A stretch of 64,000 nucleotides of DNA from Callorhinchus milii (GCF_018977255.1 NW_024704742.1:37512001-37576000); one strand, 5' to 3'; positions 38,401 through 51,792 are shown, numbered from the stretch's first letter. Notes: generated by a model from the sequence alone, not told the origin. Program-made: numbers and translations.

Positions 38401-40031
38401 TTTGTGAACACTGTCTGGTAAGCTTCCTGCTGCTTGTCAGCTAGGACCGCTTAAGCATGGTGATGGGTTTCTGCATGCGTCACACACAACAGCTGACCAA
38501 AAATGATTCTGGCTGTCATCATTTCACCCACTCATTCAATTTATCTTCATAAAGCAGCACAGAATTTTACACTTCTAGGGAGATTCGGATAAATGGACAT
38601 TTGGCGTATTTGATCTCATCCTTCCATAATACTCACTATAGCTGAGTGCTATAGCAGTTATATACCTCCATAAGATCCCTCTGAGGTGTATCTTTTCAAA
38701 GCTGAAGATTCCTAGCTTATCCAACTGTTGCTCATTCCTCCAACACTAGGAATCATCCTTTTTGTCGTCCGTTGCCTGGGCAGCTGCTTCTCCGAATAAC
38801 CACACACATCTAGGCTGAACCAAACCTGACCAATGAATACTTCATACCTTTGCAGCTAAGATGAAGTTCTCACAGAATGTTTAATTGTAATGTACACTTT
38901 AATGTTCCACTGCATGGCACAGTATACCTGAGCATCACCCTGAATCATACTTTAAAGTATAATTTTATAATAATGATATTGTTTCGTGGTGCATCACAAG
39001 TACGGGAAATAGGAAGAAATGGGATTCATAGCCCTTTTACCATAAGCTATTTCAAATAGCAGAAAGAGGTGATTTGAATGCATAATCAACATCGAAGGTC
39101 ACTGTTTGCAGTGGGACCTGACTCTCATTAAATCATCTAAATTGTCTCGTTCACTGGTCCTAAGCATTTACTGCTGTGTTAATTCAATATACAAATAAAC
39201 AAAGTAGCGATAAGTAAATCTATAAGTATTATATGTATAATATATATATATAATATATAAGCCAGTGCAGACACGATGGTCCAAATGGCTTCCTTCTGTA
39301 CTGTAAATTTCTATGATTCTATTCTATGAGTGCAATTGACAGTCTGTCAGGAGTGAGGTTGTAAAATATACGAGCCATTGAATATCTACCCCAACACTGC
39401 ATCTTGCACCATACATCTCATTGCTCTCATTCCAGCTTGTACCGTGTTCAAACTTTTTGACTTATTTTGCTACAGAGTTAAGGGTAGTGCAAGTTTGGGG
39501 AAAAAAACACAGGCAGCTCAGTGGATAAATTCATCACCCAGAATTGTATTGAGCCAACAAATTCCAGAAAGCAAGCTAGCAATGTTCATCAATTTTTATT
39601 GGATATCCCAGTGAACATTGCATAGAAAAAGGTAAACATTACAGACATATTTATGTTTTAACAATCAATCTAGGTAATGGAACGAGGCACAATTTAAAAA
39701 GAGTCTTGCCTGAATACACAAAATATAATAATCTATAATCCATCAACTGAACTGGATGCATAGTATAATGTAATCCTCTGGCCCACAATCCCCAAGTTAA
39801 AATTAGTCGTGGTTGTTTGTGGAGCATTGCTATGAGCAAACTGGCTACCATGTTCGTGATTAAATATTCATTCACATCACTTTACATGCTGTGAAGCATT
39901 TTGAAATGTGCCCCTGATATGAAAGGCAGTGAATAAATGCAAGCTGTTGTTGTTGTTGTTGAATATATTGAGAAATGTGTAGTTTATAACAGTAGAAAAC
40001 ACAATTCCACTGTAGTGCAAGAATTTAACTC

Positions 40032-40189
40032 TCATTTGGTTGTCATGGCCACAGCCTTCTTCATCCACAAATCTCCATTAAGAAGTGAAAGCATAAAGCG
40101 AGCGACATCACCTCGGGATACAGAATCTCCCAATGGATTTCCATCAGGACCAGGAACAAAGTACCCATCATTGGTTAAGATTTCTTTAT
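40032..40189 (-). CDS. BLVRB-like last coding exon (DKEILTNDGYF...AVAMTTK*)
   Basis: taatag|AT acceptor, TGA at 40032-40034; candidate AATAAA at 39595-39600. Confidence 0.9.
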
Positions 40190-43100
40190 CTATTAAAATA
40201 AAATTTAAAAAAGAGTAAATGAGAACTAACGTTTTGCTTTTTAACCTCAAACTATTCAATAACATTAGCTAGATGAAATGGAAAATAAGACAGATACATT
40301 TGGAATTAAGAATCAAGAAAACCAGAGGATTCCTGGCAAACCCAGCCTATGTGTTCAGGCTTTGTAGCATATTTATTTGTACACTATAACAACAACAACT
40401 TGCATATAGCGCCCTTCAAGCCGGATGGCATCTTGGAGCCCTTAACAGTGAGACGGAGCCAAGCCAGGGGGATGCGGAAGGTAAGCGTAGGCACGGTTGA
40501 AGAGGAAGATCTTCAAGCACGACCTGAAAGTGGGGAGAGAGGGGGAAAGCAAAGGGGAGAGAGTTCCACAGCTTCAGGACATAGTGGCTGAAAGCACCGC
40601 CGCTGATGGTGGGGCGGAAGGTCTGGTGAACAAGGAGGAGGCTGGAGACAGTTGAGCAGAGATAGAGGGTAGTAGTGTAGGGAGAGAGCAGGTTGGAGAT
40701 AGGGGGGTGCCAGGGCTTGAAGAGATTTAAATACAAGAGTGAGGATCTTGAAATCGGTCCGCTCTGTGACAGGAAGCCAATGGAGTTTGATAAGGACTGG
40801 GGTGATGGAGGTACAGAGTTTAGTGCAGGTGAGAATGCGGGCGATGGAGTTTTGAATTAGTTGAATTTTGGGAATAGTGGAGCAGGGGAGACCAGCAAGT
40901 AGGGCATTTGACTAGTTGAGGTGGGAGGTGAGAAAGGCATGGACAAGGGTTTTGGCAGCTTTTGGAGTGAGGTACAGAGGAAGACGGGCAATGCGGCGGA
41001 GGTGGAGGAAAGTGGTTCTGGCCAGGGACCGGATGTGGGGTACGAAGGATAGCTGGAGGTCGAACTTGACGCCTAAGTTGTGCACGGTTTCGGTGAGTCT
41101 TAGGAAGAGATCAGGTAGGATGAAGAGGTCTGAACTGCAGGAGAGAAGACTTTGATGGGAGCCAAAGAGTATGACTTCTGTCTGTCAACATTCAGCTGCA
41201 GGAAGTTTAAGCTCATCCAGCATTGATGTCTGTCAGACACTAATATATTTATATATCTCAGAGCTTAAAAGAGCAGAATATGAATACAGTGTCATAACAA
41301 ATCCTTGTTATGTTTGATACTTATAACTAATTGCCTTTTACAGTAAATGTATCCTTTTGTGAAGAGCTATGCAAATTCGGCAGCAGGAATGAATATTAAT
41401 CTCTACTTCCAACATTTCTGTTTTTATTCCTGATTTCCATTCTTATTTTTTGTCTCTCGGCAGAAAATGAAAAACTTGTAATGTACAGATCTATCCAAGG
41501 CAGAATGTACCTCTGTCTGATCACAAACTATGAAGGTCATTGGCATGAATAGAAAACAAGGTGTGGATGCAATATGTGGAGAGAGGGGGTCACAAACAAA
41601 ACACACATCCTGCTTCCTAATCCTGGATAGATCCATCCATCCAATTTACACACCTGGAAATTATCATATTAACCCACCCAATAGGGTAATTTCCATGTGT
41701 AAGTGGGATGCAAGAAACACTGTTTCGCTTGGTTAGATTTCCTCATGTGTCAGACACCTGACTGACCAAAAAATGAACAAAAGACCAAAACCACTAACCT
41801 GTTGCTGGTCCATTCCGAAGTCCCGGTGGTTTTACTGCAGTCCAATTGAGGTCATCACATTGCTCACTTAAGTAATTTTCCATCTCATCCATATTGATCA
41901 ATAAATTGTGAATGACGGGAACGACGAGGTACTGCACAAATAAAGAAGCCTTTCGAGCAGATTCAGCTGTAAAACAACTAAACATTTTTACTCTGTAGAC
42001 CCTGAAACATTCCTCAGTATAACCTTCGTACATGGGCAGATCTTCCCAAGTACCTCATGATTCCAGACAGAACCTGGGGTCTGTAGAATGAAGCCCAGGA
42101 AACTAAGGATTAATATTTGTTCTGTACAGTTTCTAGTGTAAGGGATTAAGATTGGCTGTTTCAATCCCAAAATGTATCTGGATATAAACCCCAGAAACCA
42201 CAGCTCCACAATGTATAGAGGGCCGCAACTATTTACAATCTGTATCAATGATCCAGACGAGGACATAAGACTTAAAATATCTAAATTTGTGGATGATACT
42301 AAACTAGGTGGGAGAGTAAGCTCTGAGGATGACACAAAAAGATTGCAAAGGGATATAGATAGGCTAGGTGAGTGGGCAAGAAGGTGGCAGATGGAATATA
42401 ACATGGGGACGTGTGAAGTTATTCACCTAGGTAGTAAAAACAGAAAAGCAGATTATTTTCTAGAGGGGGAGCGACTAAATAGTGTTAGTGTTCAGAGGGA
42501 TTTGGGTGTCCTTGTACACCAGTCATAAAAAAGTTAGTGTGCAGGTACAGCAAGCAACTAGGAAGGTTAATGGTATGTTGGCGTTTATTGCCAAAGAGTT
42601 AGAATTCAAAAGTAGGGAAGTCTTGCTGCAACTGTATAGGGCCTTGGTGAGATTGCACCTAGAATATTGTGTGCAGTTTTGATCTCCTTATTTAAGAAAG
42701 GACATACTCGCTTTAGAGGTTGTGCAGTGTAGATTCACTAAGTTAGTTTCTGGATGAGGGGGTTGACCTATGAGGATAGGTCGAGTAAACTAGGCCTATA
42801 TTCTCTAGGATATAGAAGAATTAGGGGTGATCGTATGGAAACATATACGATTCTTATGGGGCTTGACAGAGTAGACAGTGCAAGACTATTTCTCCTGGTA
42901 GGAAAATCTATAACTAGGGATCACAGTCTTAAGAATAGGGTCAGCCTTTTCAAACAGAGTTGAGGCAAGGTAGTGAATTTATGGAATTCTCTACCCCAGA
43001 AGGCTGTAGATGCTCAGTCCTTGAACATATTCAAGACTGAGATTGATAGATTTCTAAAGGATAGAGGGATTAAGGGACATGGGGATAAGGCTGGCAGGTG

Positions 43101-44512
43101 GAGTTAGGTTAGAAGATCAGCCATGATCTTATTGAATGGCGGAGCAGGCTTGAGGGGTCAAATGACCTACTCCTGGTCGTAATTCCTATGTTCCTATGTC
43201 CTATGTTCCTATGTATGGCAATCATATTCACACAGATGAAATGGAGTATGATTTGCAGTGTTTCACAATAGGTTTGCTTATCAGGGAATTCAGTCACACA
43301 AATGGAAGCTTTTCATAAGTGCGGCAAACCGATACAATACAATACAGAAAGTGTGAGCTTTCTGTGGATTGATTGGAATTCCTTTAATTCCTTGCTAAAG
43401 ATTAAAACAACAGTATCTAGTAAGAAGTATGTTTTTTCTTAAAAAAGCTGTAATACATTTGAGAGTTTTGAAGGCAAATGTCAATCTCAGACTGACTCAC
43501 GCTTTGTGTACCAGGATGTCATTGTTATCATCCGATTCACTTTTGCTTGACGCATGGCAACAACCACAGCTTTCATTGAGTCAGTGTATCCAGTAGCTCG
43601 AGAAAATATGCTCAGTGGGAACCCAAGGCAGGACAAGACAGCATCCTGCTCCTTAAAGTGCTCCACAAGGCTGTCTTCAGAGAAGATGTTTGCTTCTACT
43701 ACCTGCAAGAAATGCAAATTTAGAAGGAACCCTTTAAAAATTCGACCCAGACTCACGCCTCTGCTTACCTAGCAGTGAGTAGGAATCTGGTTGGTAGTCG
43801 ATTGGCTAAGAAAAATGTGGTCACTCAATCCACGATTGTTTGTGGGACACTGCCGCGTTTCACCCACAAAATATACAGTCAGTTTAATTTACAATATATT
43901 CTGTGAAGCACTTTGAGACGTCTCAAAGATATAATGACGGGCTATTTAAAATGCAAGGATTATTATTATTATTACTACAGGGGAACCCAGGAATGTATAG
44001 AACCAGAAAAGACCACCACAATCCACCCAGCCAATCCCAAAGATACTCCCTCTCTCTAATACCCTCAATTCACTTAAGAGTTTTGAAACAGCACAAGAAC
44101 ATGTTGTTTGGCCATCATATCTATGATGGTATTTTAATCCACATGTGCCACCTAATCTTATCTCAATTCACTTCCTTCACCATAAATCTATCCAGCTCCG
44201 CCTTGAAATGTTTCCAGTTGAACAAAGTGAATCAATGACAGAGTCACTCACAACGTACAGTGAGCACCAAACAAACAAATTACATTGATATAGCGCCTTT
44301 CACGATGGGAGGACATCCCAAAGCACTGGCCACCGTGGAGTGCATGAAAATCTCTTTCAACCCAGTATATTGGGTACCTTCAGGTTGTCATGCTGAACAG
44401 TGAGTTTGCTGGGAGTTCTCACAATTGCCGTCACCATGTGGCCCTGTTCCAGAGCTTGTCTCACGAGAAACTGTCCAGTTTGTCCTGTAGCCCCAAGCAC
44501 TGAGAGCTTCAT
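40032..44512 (-). CDS. Uncharacterised NAD(P)H-binding Rossmann-fold oxidoreductase, flavin reductase/biliverdin reductase B-like; 4 coding exons, 663 nt / 220 aa
   Basis: Exons of 135+202+168+158 nt join in frame with GT-AG sites. Motifs VLGATGQTG, AIVR, QDAVLSCLG, TSWY, WTAVKPPGL and VSRGDVARFML follow the BLVRB/NAD(P)H-binding pattern. Confidence 0.9.
40388..41235 (-). mobile_element. L2 LINE 3' fragment in the last intron of the BLVRB-like gene
   Basis: L2 ORF2-like sequence and (TTG)n tail on the minus strand. Confidence 0.8.
41799..41966 (-). CDS. BLVRB-like coding exon 3 (PESARKASLF...KPPGLRNGPAT)
   Basis: ttttacag|CT acceptor, G|GTTAGT donor, 168 nt. Confidence 0.9.
42215..43212 (+). 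mobile_element. CR1 LINE 3' fragment (reverse transcriptase C-terminal part)
   Basis: GPQLFTICIND...ISKFVDDTKLGG...LQRDIDRL...QRDLGV...LEYCVQF; short tandem-repeat tail (TTCCTATG-like). Confidence 0.9.
43501..43702 (-). CDS. BLVRB-like coding exon 2 (VVEANIFSEDSL...TSWYTK)
   Basis: ttgcag|GTA acceptor, C|GTGAGT donor, 202 nt. Confidence 0.92.
44378..44512 (-). CDS. BLVRB-like coding exon 1 (MKLSVLGATGQTG...HDNLK)
   Basis: ATG at 44512, preceded by acceptor ttttcag| at 44521-44522; donor AAG|GTACCC. Too short for the supplied ORF track. Confidence 0.9.
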
Positions 44513-47500
44513 TCTTCAGTCTGAAAACATCAAGCAATTATGAGAGATGTTAATGGATGATCTCATTTATAATTCAAATTGTAGTTTTAAGTGAAACACT
44601 GCCCTCGTCAATCTGCAAATCTTCACACTAAAGCAAACATCTGCCTACGCATATTAGTTGCTCTTTAAATGAAAAGTCCATGAATTTGTTTAAAAGGCAA
44701 TCAGACAGCTGTTTGAAAGGGAGGAATATTAAAGGGGAGAAGGAGCGAGTAGGACTCTGGGATTAGATTAGATGACTCACGTGGAGAAAAATTCCATCAT
44801 AGATATGATGGCCCAACAGCCTGTTCTTGTGCTATATCACTGATTTTGTTAGCCCATAATAACACATTCCTTGGGGAAAAGCTGCAATGGATTACAACAC
44901 TGCTCTAGAGCTTGACTTATAATCTATCTCTCACCTGACTAAATGTAATAGTTTGAGTAGTTTCAACCTGAACTTCAAGTAGGACCAAACATCAAACCAC
45001 AACACAATAATGTGATTACCAGCCTCAGTAAATGCCCGGAGAGGCATAAGCATGGTGGATGTAGATAATGGAAACATTTCATAAAAATGTTGCAGGTTCT
45101 GTGAACTCAGGCTGAAACTCCACCACAATGCTTGTTGTGACATTAGCCAAAAATGTGTCTTCCTCAGAGCAGCGCAGAATGGGTGGTAAGTTTTGGTATC
45201 TGTACCAACACCTTCTTTTCGACCATTCCTTCAGTCATCTTTCCCTTCTCGACTCCAGCTCAGGTGCCAAGCCAAGACTGTCAAGGACTTTTGGATGTCC
45301 TCCCAATGTGAAAAGCGTTCCATTAATGTAAATTTGTATTGTATATATTCCCAATAGAACAGAAAATGTTGGAAATCCACAGCAAGTCAACCAACATCTG
45401 ATCAAGACAATTTAATGTTACAGGTACGATGTCAAATACAGTGATCACAATAAGTAAGACTTCATTATTTCAAGACCTTCCTCTTTGACTGTGCCTTCAG
45501 TCACTTTCCCATTACCCCTTTCCCCATGTAAATGCTATTTGTTGTTTTTATGGTGGAGCCTCATAATAAGGCAATAGTTGGGGGCGTCCCAAATCTCCAC
45601 TCGCCTTATAATGAGGCTATGTGTTTGTGTGCAGACACCAGCCTGCTTCCTGTGCACCAGCTAGTTTCCACCCTAATAAAGTTACCAATTTCCAAGTCAT
45701 CAGGATGATATCCGCATGACTTCCTGTGTGCTGAGCAGGTGCATGGGCAGTGCATATGCACTTGGCTGTGCATATATACAGTGAATGGGATCCACACCCC
45801 AAACACATTATAAACAAACCAGCCACAACAATAATAAAACACCTTAGAACCTGGCTGTAATGTATTATAATCAACTGACTGAGCAATTTCACCTGGCAAA
45901 ATGACTTTTCTTCCAACTAAAGCATCAGGATAGATTCAGTATTTTGTTAGTTGCAATAGTAACTAATAAGGCACTTTATAAATTCTGAAGAGGTCACCAT
46001 GCATTCATGTCTAGTTGCATTCCTTTACAAAGTGATGCAACTCACTGATCCCACTTCATTTCCCAAATAAACCTCTCATTTTAGTGGTTGTAACCTTCTT
46101 TTGACTGTTCCTAGTTTTGTCCGAGGAAGCTTTTAGTCCTGCTTTAAAGAACTTTAAAGCTTTAAAGTTTCAGTTCTCCTTCCTTTAGCAGTCACCTTGA
46201 CAGGATCTTGCTTTGTAGGGAGGCTTGTAGCCTGTAGCTTCAGTTTGCTTCAGCTGCAGAATCAAAAAAATCTTTGATTACACCATCTGTCATTGAGACC
46301 ACACTGACTGCTGTCGCACAGTCAGTCCCAGCCTTCAAGGTCAGCAATATTCTTCATGTGGAGAGTACCTTGGCACAATTGCTAGTAATAAAAAAGCATC
46401 AGCCACTCCAACCTGGCAGTTATCTCTAGTATTCTAGTAAATGGATAAGCACCTTGCCCAAGACCTTGCCCAAGACAACTTGCCCTCTTTACATAGAAGG
46501 TAATCCCCAATGATGCTCAACAACACAATTGGAGAGCACAGTACAACAACAACTTGCATTTATATAGCGCCCTTCTCGCGGGGTAGGGTCTCGGAGCTAT
46601 TAAGTGCCAAGCTATTCGTAACCCATTTTGCTGTGCCAATCTGAACTAAATATCAATGCCACCTAACTTGCAAACCTTGGAAAGAAAGCAAAGAGCACAG
46701 CTGTTGGAAAGGGATCTGCAACCCTTAGAAACATTTGCTGTAAAATTCCAGGAACTACGTGTGCACGAAACTCACCAGTGCAAAGAAACTGTCCCTTTTG
46801 TGTTTATTTGCGGGAAAAAGTACCAATAATTCAAACAAAGGGACCTGTATTTATATTAAGAGTACCTACATCAAAAATCTTTTCATTCCAAAAGTGAGAG
46901 TTGATTGACATTTGGCAGGTCAGGTCATACCGAGCAGCAGTTGTCAATTTCTAACTCTTCACCCAACAAATCAGAACATTAATACATGATAGGTGTGGAT
47001 TTATTGTGGCTTCCAATAAATAATAACCTTGTTTACTTGGGGACCTATCCCGAAACAGCTATAGATCGCAGCAGTCCAAATACTGCAATCTTTACATGGG
47101 AAAGTACATGTACTGATACTCGTGTATAAGCACATAGTTCAATACCTGCGACACATTCTTACTTACTTATGTTTATTGAGCAGCAGCTGCCTGGTGCTGT
47201 AGATGAAGATGGTGTTGTCAGTACAGTATTGAGCTTGCGATGCGATGTGTTGGGAGATTTGGTGTACAGTATTTTCAATGTCACACATTACTTAAACAGA
47301 GCTATTTCCGTGTCTCTTAAAAGGGAAACTCTAACCCCACCCAAAGTTCAATTTGTTTCCTCATACCAGAGCAGCCAGTGGAGTAAATTGCTGAGGATTA
47401 CAGCCATCCCAGGAAACTGTGTCTAATATGTCCTGAAACTCAAGCTGCAACCTTCAGTCAGCAGTTCATGTTAAAATATAATGATGTAGTTTTAACACTG

Positions 47501-47849
47501 CATCTCTATTCTCTTAAATGCAGCAACAAGCTCACCTACATTTGTCTGGCACAGTGAAGGTTCACTGCTTTGGACAGAGACAGCTCGTTTTATATAATAT
47601 AGATAGATGTACAATCCTGGCCAATAAATGTCCAAATAAACAAAGGGTCATTCACCTAATGGCTGTTTGTAGGACATTTCTGTGCACAAATTGGCTGACA
47701 GGTTTAAATACAAATATACAGTCACTGCATGTTATAGTCAAAACTATTTTAAGCGTTTTGTGATGCTTCAGTGTAATAAGACACTATATCAAATGTAAAG
47801 ATTATCATTACTGAAATGAGGCTACAGTGCTTACAGCAAACAAGAGTAA

Positions 47850-49500
47850 AAATCCCAAGTGAATCGCAGTGAGTTAAAAAGGGACCTAGCCAAGGTGGGC
47901 TGGAAAGAAAGATTGGCAGGTAAAACAGCTAACGAGCAATGGGAAGCCTTCAAGGAGAAGATAGTTCAGGGACAGAACAAATACATTTACTAAAAAAAAG
48001 TAAGAATAAAAATAATGGAGGCTCTGGCCACAATCTTTCAATTCTCTTTGGACACCGGCATGGTGCCAGACGACTGGAGGGTTGCAACTCTTACTCCCCT
48101 GTACAAAAAGTGGCAGAAGGATAAACCCGGGAACTACAGGCCAGTCACCCTAATGTCTGTAGTGGGGAAACTTCTGGAGACTATAATCCGGGACAAAATA
48201 AATTTTCACTTAGAAAAATATGAGTTAATCAAGGACAGCCAACACGGATTTGTTAAAGGCAAATCATGTCTAACAAACCTGATAGAGTTTTTTGTTGACG
48301 CAACGGAGAGGGTGGATGAAGACAGTGCAGTCCATGTAGTTTACATGGATTTTCAAAATGTGTTTGATAAAGTGCCACATAAGAGATTTGTAAGCAAAAT
48401 AGAAGCCCACGGTATTAAAGGGACAGTGGCAGCATGGATACAGAACCAGCTGGGAGACATGAAGCAGAGAGTGGTGGTGAATGGTTGTTTTTCTGCCTGG
48501 GGGGAACCCCAGGGGTCGGTATCGGGATTACATAAATGATCTGGACTTGGGTATAGGGAGTACAATTTCCAGGTTTGCAGATGATACTAAGCTAGGAAAA
48601 CTGGTAAACAGTGAGGAGGATAGTAGCAGACAGTAGCAGACTTCAAGAGGACATAGACAGATTGGTAAAATGGGCAGACACGTGGCAGATGAAGTTTAAT
48701 GTGGAGAAATATGAAGTGATGCATTTTGTGAGGAAGAATGAAGAGAGGCAATATAAGCTGATGGTAGAATCTTAAAGGGGGTGAAGGAACAGAGAGACCT
48801 GGGTGTTCATATAAGTAAATTTTTGAAGGTGGCAGGACAGGTAGATAAAGCTGTTAAAAAAGCATACAGGTTACTAGGCTTTATAAATAGGGGCATAGAA
48901 TACAAAGTCAGGAAGTTATGATGAACCTTTATAAAATACTGATTAGGCCTCAGCGAGAGTACTGTGCTCAGTTCCGGGCACCACACTTTAGGAAGGATGT
49001 CAAGGCATTGGAGCGGGTGCAAAGAAGATTTACCAGGACGGTACCAGGAATGAGGGACTTCAGTTATCGGGAGAGGCTAGAGAAGCCAGGATTATTCTCC
49101 TTGGAGCAGAGAAGGTTAAGAGGAGACTTAATAGAAGTTTCCAAAATTATGAGGGGATTCGATAGGATGAACAAGGAGAAACTATTTCCATTGGTGGGTA
49201 GGTCAGTAACCCGAGGACACCGATTTAAAATAGTTGTTAAAAGAAACAGAGGGGAGGGGAGGAGAAATGTTTTCACACAGCAAGTTGTTCAGATCTAGCA
49301 TGCATTGCCTGAAAGTGTGTTGGAAGCTGATTCGATAACAACCTTTAAGAGAGAAGTAGATAATTATTTAGGGAGGACAAGTTTGCAGAACTATGGGGAG
49401 AATGTAGGGGAATGGGATTGATTTGGAAGCTCTTTTCAAAGAGCCGACACAGACACTGTGGCCAAATGGCCTCCTTCTGTGCTGTATAATTCTATGATTT
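47850..49500 (+). mobile_element. CR1 LINE ORF2 fragment (reverse transcriptase), frameshifted and internally deleted
   Basis: [68 protein letters not shown]-type tail. Confidence 0.93.
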
Positions 49501-50169
49501 TTTAATATACAAAATCACACAGGACCACAATATTAAATTGATGAAGAAAGCCCTTCAGCCCATCTGATCTCATCCTTCCAGAAGATCAACCCTACCGTCT
49601 TCCCATCACACTTTTTAATGAGTGTCCTGGCCTCTAGCACTCTTTTTAGCAACCTGTTCCAGTCATTAATTACTTATTTTTTTACTCACAGGTACTTTTC
49701 CAATTATTTCCTTAAAATAGTCATAAACGAATTCTGTTTTCTCCTGTTTTATTCTCTAGTTCTGCTTCTAAAGTAATCCTCCGCAGTGGTCTTTTCACCA
49801 TCGGCGGCCATGCTTTCAGCCACTACTTCCCAATGCTGTGGAACTCTCTCCCTCAATCCCTTTGCCTTGCCCCCTCTCCCCATTTTCAGGTGGTGCCTGA
49901 AGACCTTCCTCTTCAACCTTGCCAAGATCACCCTCCCCCTCACTCGGCATTGGGCTCCACCACTGTTAAATGTCCAAGATGCTGTCCATTTTCTGTAACA
50001 AAGAATTTCAGTTACTTTTCCAGTAACTTGTAGTGTGTCATGTTTTCGAAGGAATTCCTTATTAAAGAATCCGATCATAGAATCACAGGAAGAAATAGCA
50101 TCCCAGCATGTCTTTCTCTTTCTCAATCACAGCACTTCCTCTCTTGCTCGCTGGCTTGCTGTTCATCAT

Positions 50170-50560
50170 GGAGTTCTGTAGCTCAGTGGTTAGAGCACTC
50201 ACTTTGCAAGCGAGAGACCTGGGTTCGATTCCCGGCAGGATGAAACCTTGGGCAAGTTTCCTTACTCAATATGCCTGATAATAATCCCTCAAAAAAAACA
50301 ATGATAACTTGGTCATTTCAATCCACGACTGTTTGTGGGACGCTGCTGTGCGCAATTGGCTGCCGCATTACAACAACAACAACAACAAGATTCCATTTAT
50401 AAAGCGCCTTTCACGTCAGGAGGACGTCCCAAGGCGCTGAACAACGCCCACAAACATACAGTCAATTCACTTTACAGTCTATTTTGTGAAGAGTTTTGAG
50501 ACGTCTGGAAGACGTGAAAAGCGCTACATCAAATGCAAGGATTATTATTATTATTATTAT
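50170..50560 (+). mobile_element. tRNA-derived SINE interrupted by an inverted L2 tail (about 50368-50444)
   Basis: Intact A and B boxes; the body is split by (CAA)n followed by a reverse-oriented L2 3' end. Confidence 0.85.
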
Positions 50561-51499
50561 CTCCCACTCTCTGTCTTTCTGTTTGTAGTATGGATTTGGA
50601 CACTTTCTCATTCAACAATATCTTCAAAAGTAATTAAGCAAATATCCCAGAATATCTATCCATTCTCACATCTCCAGTGTCCAAATATGGACTTTTTCTC
50701 TCCACCAACACATCACCACTCCACCTCCCCCCACTTTTCAAACTTGCAGAATTTCTCATCAATCCTATTTCTCTTCTCTAAAGCGGTTGTCAAACAGCCT
50801 TAGGGAAGAGAAATAGGAATGTGAGTCAACAACTTGGATTTATATAGCGCCCTTCATATAGAGTAGCTTTCCAGAGAGCTTGAGACACCTGAGTAACTAT
50901 CTCTTGTAGCACAGTCACAGAAAGGGAGATGCAAGCTTCCTACCCGTTGTCTTCAAGAATAATTTGGAAGAATAATACAGTAATAACTAAAGAGATTAAA
51001 TATTTTTTCACACAAAAAATTGTGGCAATAAATTCAGCTGGACTTATAAATAATAAGTCTGCGCAGGTTGCCGGAACATCTCAAAGCCCTTCACGGGATG
51101 TTACTGGTAAAGTGTAGTGACTGTGTGTTTGCGGCAGAAAGCAGCGGCAAATTTGCAATGCCCAGAACACAGCTATAAAGTGAACAATTTTACGCGGGGG
51201 GGTTGTTAACGATTAGAACTTTCTGTTGCAAGGGTCTTTTCGACCCTTGGAATAAGGACTCTGCTGATTTCAGTCAGCTCGGTCATTATTCCAAGGGTCA
51301 AAAAAAGAAGCGCTGCAGCTCTACCGCTGTATGTTTGCCAACAACATACGCAGTCATTGACTCTACATCTAGTGTATTCCTTTGAGCCGTCTTTGTGGAG
51401 TCCTCAGTGGTTAGAGCACTCGCTTTGCAGTGATTGTCAGACCATCTGTCTTATCTGTCGGTAGCAGGAGGGGGTTAAGAAGTGTCATCAAGACTGATT

Positions 51500-51792
51500 T
51501 GCACACATCAATGTCCCACAACCACCTACGTAGTGTGTGTGACCAATTTTATTTAGGGAATTGTCGGCCAGCACACCAGGAGAAACTACCTTCTCTTTTC
51601 GAATAGTACTATGGGATCTTTAATGTCCACTGGACAGGCAGATAGGACCTCAGTTTAACACCTCATCAGAAGTACGACATCTGTGATAAGCAGCACACCC
51701 TCAGCACAGTGTCAGTATGTGGGTTCCAAATGCCGTTGTGGGGCTTGAACCCACAATCTACTGATTCTGAGGCGAGAGTACTACCAACTGAG
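51500..51792 (-). mobile_element. Older Deu-domain SINE (AmnSINE1/SacSINE1-like)
   Basis: GGGATCTTTAATGTCCAC...CCTCAGTTTAAC..CTCATC core plus a tRNA-like end (GGGCTTGAACCCACAA); family name recognised from memory. Confidence 0.7.

Noticed and set aside
40032..44512. Calling this gene HSD17B11/HSD17B13 (human KLHL8 neighbours) or BLVRB
   Set aside because: It lacks the N-terminal hydrophobic segment and classical YxxxK motif of HSD17B11/13, and is too divergent from BLVRB to assign that symbol without a phylogeny
48015..49298. Reverse transcriptase ORFs as a domesticated gene or active element
   Set aside because: Frameshifted, internally deleted CR1 copy with no endonuclease domain or ORF1
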